The notes under the pieces are model-generated. The model was not told where the DNA came from. It saw only the letters and a program-made list of their open reading frames with translations, and ran no database searches. The position numbers were made by a program, and so were the translations under genes. Source: Christensenellaceae bacterium (GTDB lineage: Bacteria; Bacillota; Clostridia; Christensenellales; CAG-138). From it: DNA of 64,000 nt. Each line of letters begins with the position of its first letter. Positions within the stretch are counted from its first letter, which is position 1. Of this stretch, positions 9,290 to 19,778 are shown piece by piece. The stretch covers positions 4,594-68,593 of the forward strand of contig JAFLSU010000009.1 of assembly GCA_022510765.1 (NCBI GenBank), in the 5' to 3' direction.

Positions 9290-9372
9290 TCAGAGTTCCC
9301 CATTGAATTTCATTCCCATGCCCAGATTGAACCGTCGTCACGGACGACCACGCAGGAAAGCATCGCTGCGAA
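9290..9372 (-). pseudogene. relic of one RCC1-like repeat
   Basis: FAAMLSCVVVRDDGSIWAW then, with one base restored, GMKFNGEL*; resembles SDGTVWAWGxNxxGQLG. Confidence 0.35.
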
Positions 9373-9457
9373 GGTCAATATGGATAAACTCGGTTTAGTC
9401 GGCTTACATATTGCACATAATAATGCTATAATCATGTGAAAAAGGAGGTGGCGTACT

Positions 9458-9721
9458 ATGCCGCAGATAAGACCAATTACGGATTTGCGCAATACAACGG
9501 AGATCTCCGAGCTTTGCCACGCAAAAAAGGAACCGATTTTTATCACAAAGAACGGTTACGGAGATTTAGTGATAATGAGCATTGAAGCATACGAGGAAAT
9601 GACCGATGCCGCGCGGATCGATTCGGCGATCGGCGAAGCGGAAAGCGAGTTTGCTGCGGGGGGCGTCCTGCTTGATGCAAAAGAGGCTTTGACTTCTTTG
9701 CGGAGGAAGCATTTTGGATAA
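9458..9721 (+). CDS. Phd/YefM family type II antitoxin
   Basis: MPQIRPITDLRN...EPIFITKNGYGDLVIMSIE. Confidence 0.9.
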   Translation: MPQIRPITDLRNTTEISELCHAKKEPIFITKNGYGDLVIMSIEAYEEMTDAARIDSAIGEAESEFAAGGVLLDAKEALTSLRRKHFG

Positions 9722-10016
9722 ATATACCGTTAAGTTGTATGAACGTGCTTATCGTGATTTGAATGGGATATATGCACATATTTCGAAAATTCTTTTGTAG
9801 CCTGAAACGGCAGAAAGGATCGTGGATGTGCTGGAGAAAGCGATTTTAAGTCTGGAATCGTTTCCGGAGCGCGGTGCAGTTCGCCGTACAGGAATTTTCG
9901 CAAATCAGGGCTATCGTCAATTATTTGTGAAGAACTATATCATTATCTATCGTGTTCTGAAGGAGAAAAAAGAAGTGCGCGTTGTGACGATCAGCCATGC
10001 ACTTAGGCAATTCTAA
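9714..10016 (+). pseudogene. RelE/ParE family toxin with in-frame TAG at codon 29
   Basis: TTG 9714 overlaps antitoxin stop; KYTVKLYERAYRDLNGIYAHIS...LL*PETA...GYRQLFVKNYIIIYRV; TAG at 9798-9800. Confidence 0.8.
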
Positions 10017-10166
10017 TAAAGCAAATGTCGGGATATGAAGTTAAGGCCAACTCTTAACAAATAAAGCTTTTGATTCATAGCATGGGTTGATCCAATGCAC
10101 ATTTCATTAGAGCATATTTCATGAGGCACGCATTAAAATATATTTGCATTTTTGTGATTATTTCTC

Positions 10167-10195
10167 TTGACATGGAAATTCCACTGTTATACAAT
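10167..10195 (+). promoter_or_regulatory. sigmaA promoter of the S10 operon
   Basis: TTGACA-N17-TACAAT. Confidence 0.8.
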
Positions 10196-10199
10196 ACTC

Positions 10200-10521
10200 C
10201 TGTTCGCGTTCCGGGGGCGTATTATGTCCGCACAGGCATAATCTCCGTCCATCATGCTGACAGATGAGCGCGAAATCGCCGAAGAGTCTTTAAAAATCGG
10301 GCTCGGGCGAAAACTCCCTGCGAGAGGTTGCCGGTCGCCAATCCGGGTAATTCACGCAGGCGGCTCGACACGATCGGGCACCCTCGTCATTGGGTTCATT
10401 TGGCCTGACGGGGCTGGGGCATAGCGCCCCGCCGTAAGTTTTTATTATGAGAACGCACGGCAGGGTGTACAGCCACTATCGAGTGCGGCGATACCGCACG
10501 ATACATCGAGAGGAGATAAAA
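10200..10521 (+). promoter_or_regulatory. long structured rpsJ leader with possible attenuator
   Basis: GAGAGGTTGC element recalled from Firmicutes S10 leaders; terminator-like hairpin ~10408-10445; hairpin next to RBS. Confidence 0.55.
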
Positions 10522-10830
10522 ATGGCAAACTATCGTATCCGCATCAAGCTCAAGGCGTATGAGCATAACCTCATCGACCAGAGCGCAGCGAAAATTGTCG
10601 AAACGTCGAGGCGGACGGGCGCAAGGGTATCCGGTCCCATCCCCCTCCCCACAGAGAAGGAAATCGTTACGATCCTTCGTGCACCCCACAAGTATAAGGA
10701 CTCCAGGGAACAGTTCGAAATGCGCACGCACAAACGTTTGATCGACATTCTTCAGCCCTCGGCGAAAACCGTTGACGCGCTTATGAAGCTCGATCTTCCC
10801 GCTGGCGTCGACATCGAGATCAAGCTGTGA
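10522..10830 (+). CDS. rpsJ: 30S ribosomal protein S10
   Basis: [31 protein letters not shown]. Confidence 0.98.
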   Translation: MANYRIRIKLKAYEHNLIDQSAAKIVETSRRTGARVSGPIPLPTEKEIVTILRAPHKYKDSREQFEMRTHKRLIDILQPSAKTVDALMKLDLPAGVDIEIKL

Positions 10831-10849
10831 TTTCGGAGGTACAGACACA

Positions 10850-11476
10850 ATGAAACAAGCAATTTTGGGTAAAAAAATCGGCATGACTCAGCTTTTCCGC
10901 GAGGACGGCACGATGATCCCCGTAACCGTAGTGCTTGCAGGCCCCTGCCCGGTAACTCAGGTAAAGACCAATGAGCATGACGGCTATGAGGCAGTTCAGA
11001 TGGCATTCCAGCCCGTCCGCGAAAAGCTCATCACCAAGCCCCAACTCGGGCATCTCAAAAAGGCCGGCGTCGCGGCGCACCGCTATGTCAAGGAATTCAA
11101 ATTTGACGATTGCAGCAAGTTTTCCGTCGGCGACGTTATCAAGGCGGACACCTTCGCAAAGGGCGATCACGTTGACGTGACCGGCACCAGCAAGGGTAAG
11201 GGTTTCGAAGGCAACATCAAGCGTTGGAACCAGTCCCGCGGCCGCAAGACCCACGGTTCACATTCCTACCGCGTACCGGGCTCCATGGGTGCTTGCACCT
11301 ACCCCGGCGAGGTCTTCAAGACCAAGCGCCTCCCCGGTCACATGGGTCGTGAACGTGTGACCGTTCAGAACCTCGAGGTCGTCCGTGCCGACGCGGAGCG
11401 CAACCTGCTCCTCATCAAGGGCGCGATCCCCGGTGCAAACGGCGGGCTGGTGCTCGTGCGCAGCACTGTTAAATAA
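10850..11476 (+). CDS. rplC: 50S ribosomal protein L3
   Basis: [18 protein letters not shown]; operon order. Confidence 0.98.
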   Translation: MKQAILGKKIGMTQLFREDGTMIPVTVVLAGPCPVTQVKTNEHDGYEAVQMAFQPVREKLITKPQLGHLKKAGVAAHRYVKEFKFDDCSKFSVGDVIKADTFAKGDHVDVTGTSKGKGFEGNIKRWNQSRGRKTHGSHSYRVPGSMGACTYPGEVFKTKRLPGHMGRERVTVQNLEVVRADAERNLLLIKGAIPGANGGLVLVRSTVK

Positions 11477-11490
11477 GAGGAGGAACTACC

Positions 11491-12111
11491 ATGCCTAATG
11501 TATCAGTTTTCAATATTCAGGGCAGCAAAGTAGGCGAGATCGAACTCTCCGAAAATATCTTTGGTCAGGAAGTCAATGTTCCCGCGATGCATGCCTACGT
11601 TAAGGCTTATCTCGCGAATCAGCGCCAGGGCACTCAGAAGGCTAAGACCCGCGCGGAAGTATCCGGCGGCGGCAAGAAGCCCTGGAGGCAGAAGGGCACC
11701 GGCCGTGCGCGTCAGGGTTCGACCCGTTCTCCCCAGTGGACCCACGGCGGCGTAGTATTCGCTCCGAGACCCCGCGATTATCGTCAGAGCCTCAACAAGA
11801 AGCTCAAGAGGGTTGCGCTTAAGTCCGCTCTCTCTTCCAAAGTCGCAAACGAGAAGCTGCTCGTTCTCGACAGCCTCGTTCTTGAAGCCGCAAAGACCAA
11901 GGAGATGGTCAAGGTTCTCGGCAACCTCAAGGTCAAGAACGCCCTCATCGTAATGCCCGAAGTCGACGAGACCGTCGTTCGCGCATCGAACAACATCCCC
12001 GGCGTTGCGTCCACTATAGTTGGCTCGCTCAACACCTATGATATTCTCAAGCACGACACCGTGATCCTTACCAAGGATTCGGTCGAAAAGGTCGAGGAGG
12101 TATACGCATAA
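11491..12111 (+). CDS. rplD: 50S ribosomal protein L4
   Basis: KPWRQKGTGRARQG. Confidence 0.98.
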   Translation: MPNVSVFNIQGSKVGEIELSENIFGQEVNVPAMHAYVKAYLANQRQGTQKAKTRAEVSGGGKKPWRQKGTGRARQGSTRSPQWTHGGVVFAPRPRDYRQSLNKKLKRVALKSALSSKVANEKLLVLDSLVLEAAKTKEMVKVLGNLKVKNALIVMPEVDETVVRASNNIPGVASTIVGSLNTYDILKHDTVILTKDSVEKVEEVYA

Positions 12112-12407
12112 TGAACGCATACGACATCATTATTAAGCCCGTTCTCACCGAAAAGAGCTACGAAGCGATATCCGAGAAGACCTATGTTTTCATCGTAGCC
12201 AAGAAGGCCGGCAAGACCGAGATCAAGCAGGCCATCGAGACGATCTTCGACGGCGTAAAGGTTGAAAGGGTCAACACCGTCAACCGCCTCGGCAAAGTAA
12301 AGAGGCAGGGCACCTCCCAGGGTCGCCGCCCCTCTACCAAGAAAGCCTATATCACCCTCACGAAGGATTCCAAGACCATCGAAGCCTTCGACAGCATGGC
12401 TCAGTAA
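12111..12407 (+). CDS. rplW: 50S ribosomal protein L23
   Basis: IIKPVLTEKS, KKAYITL. Confidence 0.97.
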   Translation: MNAYDIIIKPVLTEKSYEAISEKTYVFIVAKKAGKTEIKQAIETIFDGVKVERVNTVNRLGKVKRQGTSQGRRPSTKKAYITLTKDSKTIEAFDSMAQ

Positions 12408-12419
12408 GGAGGCAAGAAA

Positions 12420-13253
12420 ATGGCAATCAGAAAGATTAAGCCCAATACTCCCGGTCAACGCTTTATGACCGTCTCCACCTATGAGGAGATTACCTGCAAG
12501 ACCCCCGAGCGCTCCCTTATGGAAAGTCTCAACAGCAAGGCGGGTCGCAACAACAAGGGCAGGATCACCGTTCGCCATCGCGGCGGCGGAGCAAAGCGCC
12601 AGTATCGTATCATCGACTTCAAGCGCAACAAGGACGGAATTCCCGCGAAGGTTGCAACCATCGAATACGATCCCAACCGTACCGCCAACATCGCCCTTCT
12701 GCACTATGCGGACGGCGAAAAGCGTTACATCATCGCTCCTTACGGCCTGAAGGTCGGCGACAGCATCCTCTCCGGCGAAGGCGCGGATATCAAGGTCGGC
12801 AATTGTCTGCCTCTTAGGAACATCCCCGTCGGTACCATGATCCACAACATCGAGCTGCTCCCCGGCAAGGGCGCACAGCTCGTGCGCAGCGCGGGCAACG
12901 CGGCTCAGCTCCTCGCAAAGGAAAACAAGTACGCTCAGGTACGTCTTCCCAGCGGCGAGGTTCGCCTGATCCCCCTCGGCTGCAAGGCGACCATCGGTCA
13001 GGTCGGCAACATCGACTCCGTAAACATCAAGCTTGGTAAGGCCGGCCGTACCCGCCATATGGGCTTCCGTCCCACGGTTCGCGGTTCCGTTATGAACCCG
13101 AATGACCACCCCCACGGCGGTGGTGAGGGTAAGTCCCCGATCGGCCGTCCCGGCCCTGTGACCCCTTGGGGCAAGCCTGCTCTGGGTTATAAGACCAGGA
13201 AGACCAAGAACATCAACGATAAGTACATCGTCCGCCGTAGGGACGGTAAGTGA
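12420..13253 (+). CDS. rplB: 50S ribosomal protein L2
   Basis: [25 protein letters not shown]. Confidence 0.99.
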   Translation: MAIRKIKPNTPGQRFMTVSTYEEITCKTPERSLMESLNSKAGRNNKGRITVRHRGGGAKRQYRIIDFKRNKDGIPAKVATIEYDPNRTANIALLHYADGEKRYIIAPYGLKVGDSILSGEGADIKVGNCLPLRNIPVGTMIHNIELLPGKGAQLVRSAGNAAQLLAKENKYAQVRLPSGEVRLIPLGCKATIGQVGNIDSVNIKLGKAGRTRHMGFRPTVRGSVMNPNDHPHGGGEGKSPIGRPGPVTPWGKPALGYKTRKTKNINDKYIVRRRDGK

Positions 13254-13275
13254 TCTAAGAAGGGAGAAATGAAAC

Positions 13276-13557
13276 ATGAGTAGGTCAGTTAAGAAGGGCC
13301 CGTTTGTCAGCGAAAGGCTGCTTGACAGGATCGTTGCAATGAACAACTCCGGCAAGAAGTCCGTCATCAAGACCTGGTCCAGGGCATCCACCATTTTCCC
13401 CGACATGATCGGTCACACCATCGCCGTTCACGACGGTAAGAAGCATGTCCCCGTATACATCACCGAGGATATGGTAGGACATAAGTTGGGCGAATTCGCA
13501 CCCACCCGTACTTTCCGCGGCCACAGAGGTTCGGAAAAGTCAACACGCGGTAAATAA
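13276..13557 (+). CDS. rpsS: 30S ribosomal protein S19
   Basis: [20 protein letters not shown]. Confidence 0.98.
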   Translation: MSRSVKKGPFVSERLLDRIVAMNNSGKKSVIKTWSRASTIFPDMIGHTIAVHDGKKHVPVYITEDMVGHKLGEFAPTRTFRGHRGSEKSTRGK

Positions 13558-13569
13558 GGAGGCGCACAA

Positions 13570-13956
13570 ATGGCAACCAGATCTAACGAAAAGGCAGCAT
13601 TCCGCAGGGAACACGCAGACAGGCGTCCCCATGCTACCGCTAAATATATTCGCATCTCTTCCCGCAAGGTCAAGATCGTCATCGATCTTATCAGGGGCAA
13701 GAGCGTAGATGAAGCCGAAGCGATCCTGATGTACACCCCCAAGGCGGCATCGGAACCCACACTCAAGGTGCTGAGGAGCGCGATCGCCAACGCTGAGAAC
13801 AACCTCGATATGGATAAGGAGACCCTCTATGTAGCCGAGGTTTTCGCCAACCAGGGACCCACCCTCAGGCGTTACAGGCCCAGATCCAGGGGCAGCGCAA
13901 GCAGGATCCGCAAGCGTACCAGCCATATCACCATCATCCTGGACGAGAAGAAATAA
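13570..13956 (+). CDS. rplV: 50S ribosomal protein L22
   Basis: [23 protein letters not shown]. Confidence 0.97.
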   Translation: MATRSNEKAAFRREHADRRPHATAKYIRISSRKVKIVIDLIRGKSVDEAEAILMYTPKAASEPTLKVLRSAIANAENNLDMDKETLYVAEVFANQGPTLRRYRPRSRGSASRIRKRTSHITIILDEKK

Positions 13957-13968
13957 GGAGGACATACA

Positions 13969-14619
13969 ATGGGACAGAAAGTTAATCCGAATGGCTTCCG
14001 CGTAGGCGTTATCAGGGATTGGAACACCCGCTGGTACGCAAATAAGAAGGATTTCGCAAACTACCTCGTTGAGGATAAGAAGATCAGGGATTTCCTGAAG
14101 AATAAATACTATGAGACCGGCATCGCCAAGATCGACATCGAGCGCGCTGCCAATAAGGTCACCGTAAGCATCCATACCGCTCGCCCCGGTATGCTCATCG
14201 GCAAGGGCGGCGTAGGCGTGGACGCGATCAAGGCTGAGCTTAACGCTCTTACCAAGCGCCCCGTCAACGTAAACATCATGGAGGTTCGCTCTCCCGATGC
14301 AAACGCACAGCTCGTTGCCGAAAATATCGCAACCGCACTCGAAAAGAGGACTTCCTTCCGCCGTGCGATGAAGCAGTCCCTGTCAAGGGCCATCAAGGCG
14401 GGCGCAAAGGGTATCAAGGTCAAGTGCAGCGGCCGTCTCGGCGGTGCGGAGATCGCAAGGACCGAAGGCTACAACGAAGGCTCCACTCCCCTTCAGACAA
14501 TCCGAGCGGACATCGAATACGGCTTTGCGGAGGCAAAGACGACCTATGGCCGCATCGGCGTCAAGGTCTGGATCTACAGGGGCGAAGTGCTTAACCGCAG
14601 CAAAGCCAGGAAAGCGTAA
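13969..14619 (+). CDS. rpsC: 30S ribosomal protein S3
   Basis: [21 protein letters not shown]. Confidence 0.98.
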   Translation: MGQKVNPNGFRVGVIRDWNTRWYANKKDFANYLVEDKKIRDFLKNKYYETGIAKIDIERAANKVTVSIHTARPGMLIGKGGVGVDAIKAELNALTKRPVNVNIMEVRSPDANAQLVAENIATALEKRTSFRRAMKQSLSRAIKAGAKGIKVKCSGRLGGAEIARTEGYNEGSTPLQTIRADIEYGFAEAKTTYGRIGVKVWIYRGEVLNRSKARKA

Positions 14620-14633
14620 GGAGGAAACGAACC

Positions 14634-15062
14634 ATGTTAATGCCTAAAAGAGTAAAACGCCGCAGGGTACACAGGGGCCGCATGAAGGGTACCGCCCAGC
14701 GCGGAAACAGGATCGCTTATGGTCAGTATGGTCTCGTTGCGCTCGAACCCGCATGGGTCACCAGCAATCAGATCGAGGCAGCGCGTGTTGCCATGACCCG
14801 TTACATGAAGCGTAACGGTAAGGTTTGGGTCGACATCTTCCCCGATAAGCCCGTAACCGAAAAGCCCGCCGAGACTCGTATGGGTTCCGGTAAAGGTTCC
14901 CCCGAATATTGGGTGGCAGTCGTCAAGCCCGGCAGAGTTCTCTTCGAGATCGCCGATGTTGACGAAGCGACCGCAAGGGAGGCACTCCGCCTCGCAATGC
15001 ACAAGCTGCCGCTCAAGTGCAAGTTCATGAAGAAACCCGTTGAAGAAAAGGTGGAGGGCTAA
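14634..15062 (+). CDS. rplP: 50S ribosomal protein L16
   Basis: [17 protein letters not shown]. Confidence 0.98.
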   Translation: MLMPKRVKRRRVHRGRMKGTAQRGNRIAYGQYGLVALEPAWVTSNQIEAARVAMTRYMKRNGKVWVDIFPDKPVTEKPAETRMGSGKGSPEYWVAVVKPGRVLFEIADVDEATAREALRLAMHKLPLKCKFMKKPVEEKVEG

Positions 15063-15065
15063 GCA

Positions 15066-15260
15066 ATGAATAAGAGAGAATGGGAAAAGCTGCAGCAGCT
15101 CACAGTTGAAGAGCTCCTCAAAAAGGAAGCCGATCTCAAGGCCGAGCTTTTCAACCTCCGTTTCCAGCATGCGACCGGACAGCTCACTAACCCCATGCGC
15201 ATGAAGGAATGCAAGCGTGACATCGCAAGGGTCAAGACCCTTATCAACGGACGTGCTTAG
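15066..15260 (+). CDS. rpmC: 50S ribosomal protein L29
   Basis: [19 protein letters not shown]. Confidence 0.96.
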   Translation: MNKREWEKLQQLTVEELLKKEADLKAELFNLRFQHATGQLTNPMRMKECKRDIARVKTLINGRA

Positions 15261-15278
15261 TTAAGGGAGGATACATAA

Positions 15279-15551
15279 ATGGAAATGAACAATGCTCCCG
15301 TAAGGGGCTATCGTAAGACCCGCGTCGGCACCGTCGTCAGCGACAAAATGGATAAGACCATCGTTGTTGCAGTTAAGACCAAGGTACGCCATCCCCTCTA
15401 CGGCAAGATGGTAAACCGTACCCTCAAGGTCAAGGCGCATGATGAGGAAAACGCCTGCGGTATCGGCGATACCGTCAGGATCATGGAGACCCGTCCGCTT
15501 TCCAAGGATAAGCGTTGGCGCATGGTCGAGATTATAGAGAAGGCTAAGTAA
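15279..15551 (+). CDS. rpsQ: 30S ribosomal protein S17
   Basis: [20 protein letters not shown]. Confidence 0.98.
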   Translation: MEMNNAPVRGYRKTRVGTVVSDKMDKTIVVAVKTKVRHPLYGKMVNRTLKVKAHDEENACGIGDTVRIMETRPLSKDKRWRMVEIIEKAK

Positions 15552-15569
15552 CCTTAGAGGGAGGACAAA

Positions 15570-15938
15570 ATGATTCAACCGCAAACCAGGTTAAAGGTAG
15601 CCGATAACAGCGGCGCAAAGGAAATTATGTGCATCCGTGTACTCGGCGGCTCTTCCAGGAAGTTCGCAAGCATTGGTGATGTCATCGTGGCTTCCGTAAA
15701 GAGCGCATCCCCCGGCGGCGCAGTAAAGAAGAAAGACGTTGTAAAGGCAGTTGTAGTTCGCACCGTTACCGGCGTTCATCGTGAGGATGGCAGCCATATC
15801 CGCTTCGACGACAACGCAGCAGTCATCATCAACGACCAAAAACAGCCCCGTGGCACCCGTATCTTCGGGCCCGTCGCAAGGGAACTGCGTGAGAAGGACT
15901 ACATGAAGATCGTGTCCCTCGCACCCGAAGTGCTGTAA
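15570..15938 (+). CDS. rplN: 50S ribosomal protein L14
   Basis: [20 protein letters not shown]. Confidence 0.99.
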   Translation: MIQPQTRLKVADNSGAKEIMCIRVLGGSSRKFASIGDVIVASVKSASPGGAVKKKDVVKAVVVRTVTGVHREDGSHIRFDDNAAVIINDQKQPRGTRIFGPVARELREKDYMKIVSLAPEVL

Positions 15939-15949
15939 GGAGGTAGCTT

Positions 15950-16291
15950 ATGAGCAGCAAGCTTAACATCAGAACCGGCGATACCGTCATGGTTATGACC
16001 GGCGATAATATGAAGGATGTCGGCAAGACCGGCAAAGTGCTCAAGGTTTATCCCGACGCACAGCGCATCGTAGTTCAGGGCAGGAATATGGTCATTCGCC
16101 ATACCAAGCCCCGTACGCAGGGCGAGCAGGGCGGCAGGATCGAGCAGGAGGGTACCATCCATGTATCCAACGTAATGATCGTTTGCCCGAGCTGCAAGAA
16201 GCCCGTTCGCGTTGGCCATGCTTTCGAAGAGGCCGGCGGCAAGCAGAAGAAAGTTCGTGTATGCCGTAAGTGCGGCAAGCACATCGACTGA
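15950..16291 (+). CDS. rplX: 50S ribosomal protein L24
   Basis: GDTVMV KOW motif, IHVSNVM. Confidence 0.97.
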   Translation: MSSKLNIRTGDTVMVMTGDNMKDVGKTGKVLKVYPDAQRIVVQGRNMVIRHTKPRTQGEQGGRIEQEGTIHVSNVMIVCPSCKKPVRVGHAFEEAGGKQKKVRVCRKCGKHID

Positions 16292-16309
16292 GTGAGGAGG
16301 TAAATAATC

Positions 16310-16927
16310 GTGGCTAAGAAAGAAACAGCACAGGCTCCCGCCAAGAAGAAAAAGCAGCAGCAGGAAGCCGCAAATTTCACCGAGCCCGCTCGTCTCCGCC
16401 TGAAGTATAAGGAGATCGTACCTCAGCTCGTTGAAAAGTTCGGCTATGAGAACCCCATGCAGGTACCCAAGCTCGAGAAGATCGTTCTCAACATGGGTCT
16501 CGGTTCCGATAAGGACAACCCCAAAGGCATCGATGCGGCAGTTGAAGAACTCGGCATCATCGCGGGTCAGAAGCCCGTCATCACCAAGGCTAAGAAGTCC
16601 GTTGCGAACTTCAAAGTCCGTCAGGGCATGAATGTCGGCGCAAAGGTCACGCTCAGAGGCGACCGCATGTACTACTTTGCCGACAAGCTCATGAACATCG
16701 TTCTGCCTCGCGTTCGCGACTTCCGTGGCGTTTCCGACACCAGCTTCGACGGCCGCGGCAACTACGCCATGGGTCTTAAGGAACAGCTGATTTTCCCGGA
16801 AATCAACTATGACGATGTTGACAAGGTTCGCGGCATGGACGTTATCTTCGTAACGACCGCCAAGACCGACGAGGAAGCAAGGGAGCTTCTCAGGCTTCTG
16901 GGCATGCCGTTCGGCACCAACGCATAA
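16310..16927 (+). CDS. rplE: 50S ribosomal protein L5 with ~25-aa N-terminal extension
   Basis: [21 protein letters not shown]. Confidence 0.98.
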   Translation: MAKKETAQAPAKKKKQQQEAANFTEPARLRLKYKEIVPQLVEKFGYENPMQVPKLEKIVLNMGLGSDKDNPKGIDAAVEELGIIAGQKPVITKAKKSVANFKVRQGMNVGAKVTLRGDRMYYFADKLMNIVLPRVRDFRGVSDTSFDGRGNYAMGLKEQLIFPEINYDDVDKVRGMDVIFVTTAKTDEEARELLRLLGMPFGTNA

Positions 16928-16941
16928 GGGAGGATACAATA

Positions 16942-17127
16942 ATGGCAAAGACATCATTAAAGAACAAGCAGCAAGCTACTCCCAAGTATTCCACCAGGGC
17001 ATACACCCGCTGCCGTCTCTGCGGCAGACCGCATTCCGTGCTTCGCAAGTACGGCATCTGCCGTGTATGCTTCCGTGAACTCGCTTATAAGGGCGAGATC
17101 CCCGGTGTTCGCAAGGCAAGCTGGTAA
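16942..17127 (+). CDS. rpsZ: 30S ribosomal protein S14, zinc-binding type Z
   Basis: RCRLCGR...CRVCFRE. Confidence 0.97.
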   Translation: MAKTSLKNKQQATPKYSTRAYTRCRLCGRPHSVLRKYGICRVCFRELAYKGEIPGVRKASW

Positions 17128-17144
17128 TTAAGGAGGATAATACA

Positions 17145-17543
17145 ATGCTCGTAACAGATCCCATTGCTGATATGCTGACAAGGATTCGCAACGCTCTCAT
17201 CGTGAAGCATGACACCGTAGACGTGCCCGTTTCCGTGATGAAGCTCGCGATCGCTGAGATTCTCCTTAACGAAGGTTACATCAAGGGCTATACCGTCAAT
17301 GAAGAAGGCGTTGAAAAGATGATGACCATAACCCTTAAGTACGGTCCGAACCGTCAGAGAGTCATCACTGGACTGCGGCGCATCTCAAAGCCCGGCCTGC
17401 GTGTATACACCCGTAAGGACAACATCCCCAAGGTTCTGAACGGCCTTGGAATCGCCATCATCTCCACCTCGAAGGGCATTATGACCGATCGCGAGGCAAG
17501 GAAGATGGGCGTTGGCGGCGAAGTTCTCGCGTACATCTGGTAA
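17145..17543 (+). CDS. rpsH: 30S ribosomal protein S8
   Basis: [21 protein letters not shown]. Confidence 0.98.
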   Translation: MLVTDPIADMLTRIRNALIVKHDTVDVPVSVMKLAIAEILLNEGYIKGYTVNEEGVEKMMTITLKYGPNRQRVITGLRRISKPGLRVYTRKDNIPKVLNGLGIAIISTSKGIMTDREARKMGVGGEVLAYIW

Positions 17544-17672
17544 GCTCCTAGCCCTCATGCAGGGCATTGAGCTGCAAATTTACATAACCTATATCCTCTG
17601 CCGCATTGGATTTCTCCGGTGCGGCGGCGGAAGGAAATAAATCTTTTTTAAAATTTTAATGGAGGTGCAGCA

Positions 17673-18212
17673 ATGTCTCGAATCGGAAAACATCCGATAA
17701 CTATTCCTGCCGGAGTGACAATCACGGTTTCTGACGATAACACCGTGACAGTCAAGGGTCCAAAAGGTCAGCTCTCCGAAAAAATCAGCCCCAGAATTAA
17801 GGTCGTCATCGACGCCGGCATTCTCAGGGTTGAAAGACCCAGCGACGCAAAAGAAGATCGTTCCCTTCACGGCCTGTCCCGTACCCTCATCAACAACATG
17901 GTCGTCGGTACGACCGCGGGCTTCGAAAAGAAGCTTGAGATCAACGGTACAGGTTACAGGGCGCAGAAGAACGGCAATAAACTCGTTCTCAACGTGGGTT
18001 ATTCCCATCCTGTAGAATTTGAAGACGGCAATGGCATAACCTTTGAAGTCCCCGCCCCCAACCGCATCTCGGTCAAGGGTATCGACAAGCAGAAGGTCGG
18101 TCAGATCGCCGCGGACGTCCGTGCGGTTCGTGAGCCTGAACCCTACAAGGGCAAGGGTATCAAGTATGACTACGAGGTCATCATCCGCAAGGAAGGCAAG
18201 ACCGGTAAGTAA
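17673..18212 (+). CDS. rplF: 50S ribosomal protein L6
   Basis: [17 protein letters not shown]. Confidence 0.98.
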   Translation: MSRIGKHPITIPAGVTITVSDDNTVTVKGPKGQLSEKISPRIKVVIDAGILRVERPSDAKEDRSLHGLSRTLINNMVVGTTAGFEKKLEINGTGYRAQKNGNKLVLNVGYSHPVEFEDGNGITFEVPAPNRISVKGIDKQKVGQIAADVRAVREPEPYKGKGIKYDYEVIIRKEGKTGK

Positions 18213-18230
18213 CAGGAGGAGTATAGCAGT

Positions 18231-18599
18231 ATGATCAGTAAGCTTGATAAAAACGCCAAGCGCAAGGCACGTCATTATCGTACCCGCAGGCATATCATCG
18301 GCACACCCGCAAGGCCCCGCCTGAATGTTTACCGCAGCCTTAACCACATCTACGCTCAGGTCATTGACGACTCCGTCGGCAATACCATTGCGGCGGCTTC
18401 CACGGTTGAAGCATCCGTCAAGGCGCAGATTGAAGGTAAGAACAAGAAGGAAGCAGCTTTCATCGTCGGTCAGACCGTTGCAAAGCGCGCCATGCAGAAG
18501 GGTGTAAGCAAAGTTGTATTTGACCGTGGCGGTTATCTGTACACCGGTCGAGTTGCGGAACTCGCAGCAGGCGCCCGCAAAGCAGGCTTGGATTTCTAA
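18231..18599 (+). CDS. rplR: 50S ribosomal protein L18
   Basis: [21 protein letters not shown]. Confidence 0.98.
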   Translation: MISKLDKNAKRKARHYRTRRHIIGTPARPRLNVYRSLNHIYAQVIDDSVGNTIAAASTVEASVKAQIEGKNKKEAAFIVGQTVAKRAMQKGVSKVVFDRGGYLYTGRVAELAAGARKAGLDF

Positions 18600-18610
18600 G
18601 GAGGTATAGA

Positions 18611-19120
18611 ATGCAGAATAGGCGTAATTACACTCCGGAAGTACCGGAATTCAAAGAAAAGCTCGTTTCGGTCAACCGTGTTGCAAAGGTTGTTAAGGGT
18701 GGTAAGATCTTCCGTTTCTCCGCTCTCATCGTTGTCGGCGACGAAAAGGGTCGCGTAGGCGTCGGTATGGGCAAGGCGGCCGAGATCCCTGAAGCAGTAC
18801 GCAAGGGCGTTGAGGACGCAAAACGTCACCTCATCAATGTTCCCATCGTCGGCACCACCATCCCGCACGAGGTCGAGGGCAGGTTCTCCAAGGGTCATGT
18901 CCGCATGCTCCCCGCAGAACCCGGTACCGGCGTTATCGCAGGCGGTCCCGCCCGTTCGGTTCTCGAACTCGCAGGCATCAGGGATATCCGCACCAAGAGC
19001 TACGGTTCCAACAACCCCGCAAACTGCGTAAAGGCGACCATCGATGGACTTTCCCAGCTCCGCACCGCAGAGCAGGTTGCACGTCTTCGCGGCAAGACCG
19101 TTGCCGAGATCCTTGACTAA
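18611..19120 (+). CDS. rpsE: 30S ribosomal protein S5
   Basis: [17 protein letters not shown]. Confidence 0.98.
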   Translation: MQNRRNYTPEVPEFKEKLVSVNRVAKVVKGGKIFRFSALIVVGDEKGRVGVGMGKAAEIPEAVRKGVEDAKRHLINVPIVGTTIPHEVEGRFSKGHVRMLPAEPGTGVIAGGPARSVLELAGIRDIRTKSYGSNNPANCVKATIDGLSQLRTAEQVARLRGKTVAEILD

Positions 19121-19134
19121 GGGGGGAAAAGACC

Positions 19135-19320
19135 ATGGCAAACCTGAAAGTTACACTCGTAAAGAGCACCATCGGTGCGCTTAAGGATCAGCAGGCGACC
19201 GTTAAGGCACTGGGACTCCATAAGCTCAATCACACGGTCATCAAGCCCGACAACGCTTGCATCCGTGGCATGATTTTCAAAGTGAAGCACCTTGTTAAGG
19301 TGGAAGAAGTAGACGCATAA
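19135..19320 (+). CDS. rpmD: 50S ribosomal protein L30
   Basis: [23 protein letters not shown]. Confidence 0.96.
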   Translation: MANLKVTLVKSTIGALKDQQATVKALGLHKLNHTVIKPDNACIRGMIFKVKHLVKVEEVDA

Positions 19321-19331
19321 GGAGGTACCGC

Positions 19332-19778
19332 ATGAATCTACATGAGTTAAGGCCCGCTGAAGGCTCCACAAGCGTTAAAAAGCGCGTGGGTCGCGGCTCC
19401 GGTTCCGGCATCGGCAAGACGTCCGGTTACGGTCATAAGGGTCAGAAGGCCCGCAGCGGAAGCAAAAAGAACGGTTTTGAAGGCGGTCAGATGCCTTTGC
19501 CCCGTCGTCTCCCTAAGAGAGGCTTCCACAACAACTTCATGAAAGTTTACTCCGTTATCAACATTGAGGATCTTAACAGATTCGATAACGGCACCGTTAT
19601 CACTGCTGAACTTCTCAAGGCAGAAGGCGTTATCAGCAAAATCGAGAAGGACGGCCTCAAGGTTCTTGGCCGTGGCGAGCTTACACAGCGCTTGACAGTC
19701 AAGGCGGCAAAGGTATCCAATTCAGCCCGTGAAGCTATCGTTGCGGTGGGCGGAACTGTAGAGGTGGCCAATGATTAA
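19332..19778 (+). CDS. rplO: 50S ribosomal protein L15
   Basis: [17 protein letters not shown]. Confidence 0.98.
   Translation: MNLHELRPAEGSTSVKKRVGRGSGSGIGKTSGYGHKGQKARSGSKKNGFEGGQMPLPRRLPKRGFHNNFMKVYSVINIEDLNRFDNGTVITAELLKAEGVISKIEKDGLKVLGRGELTQRLTVKAAKVSNSAREAIVAVGGTVEVAND

Noticed and set aside
9798-9800. Pyrrolysine or alternative-code read-through of TAG
   Set aside because: TAG ends ordinary genes in this window (e.g. 4265-4267) and no pyl genes are seen
12036-13406. 456-aa antisense ORF and many other long antisense ORFs across the ribosomal cluster, oadA and rpsA
   Set aside because: Shadow frames of highly biased genes; no RBS or motifs, and they fully overlap certain genes
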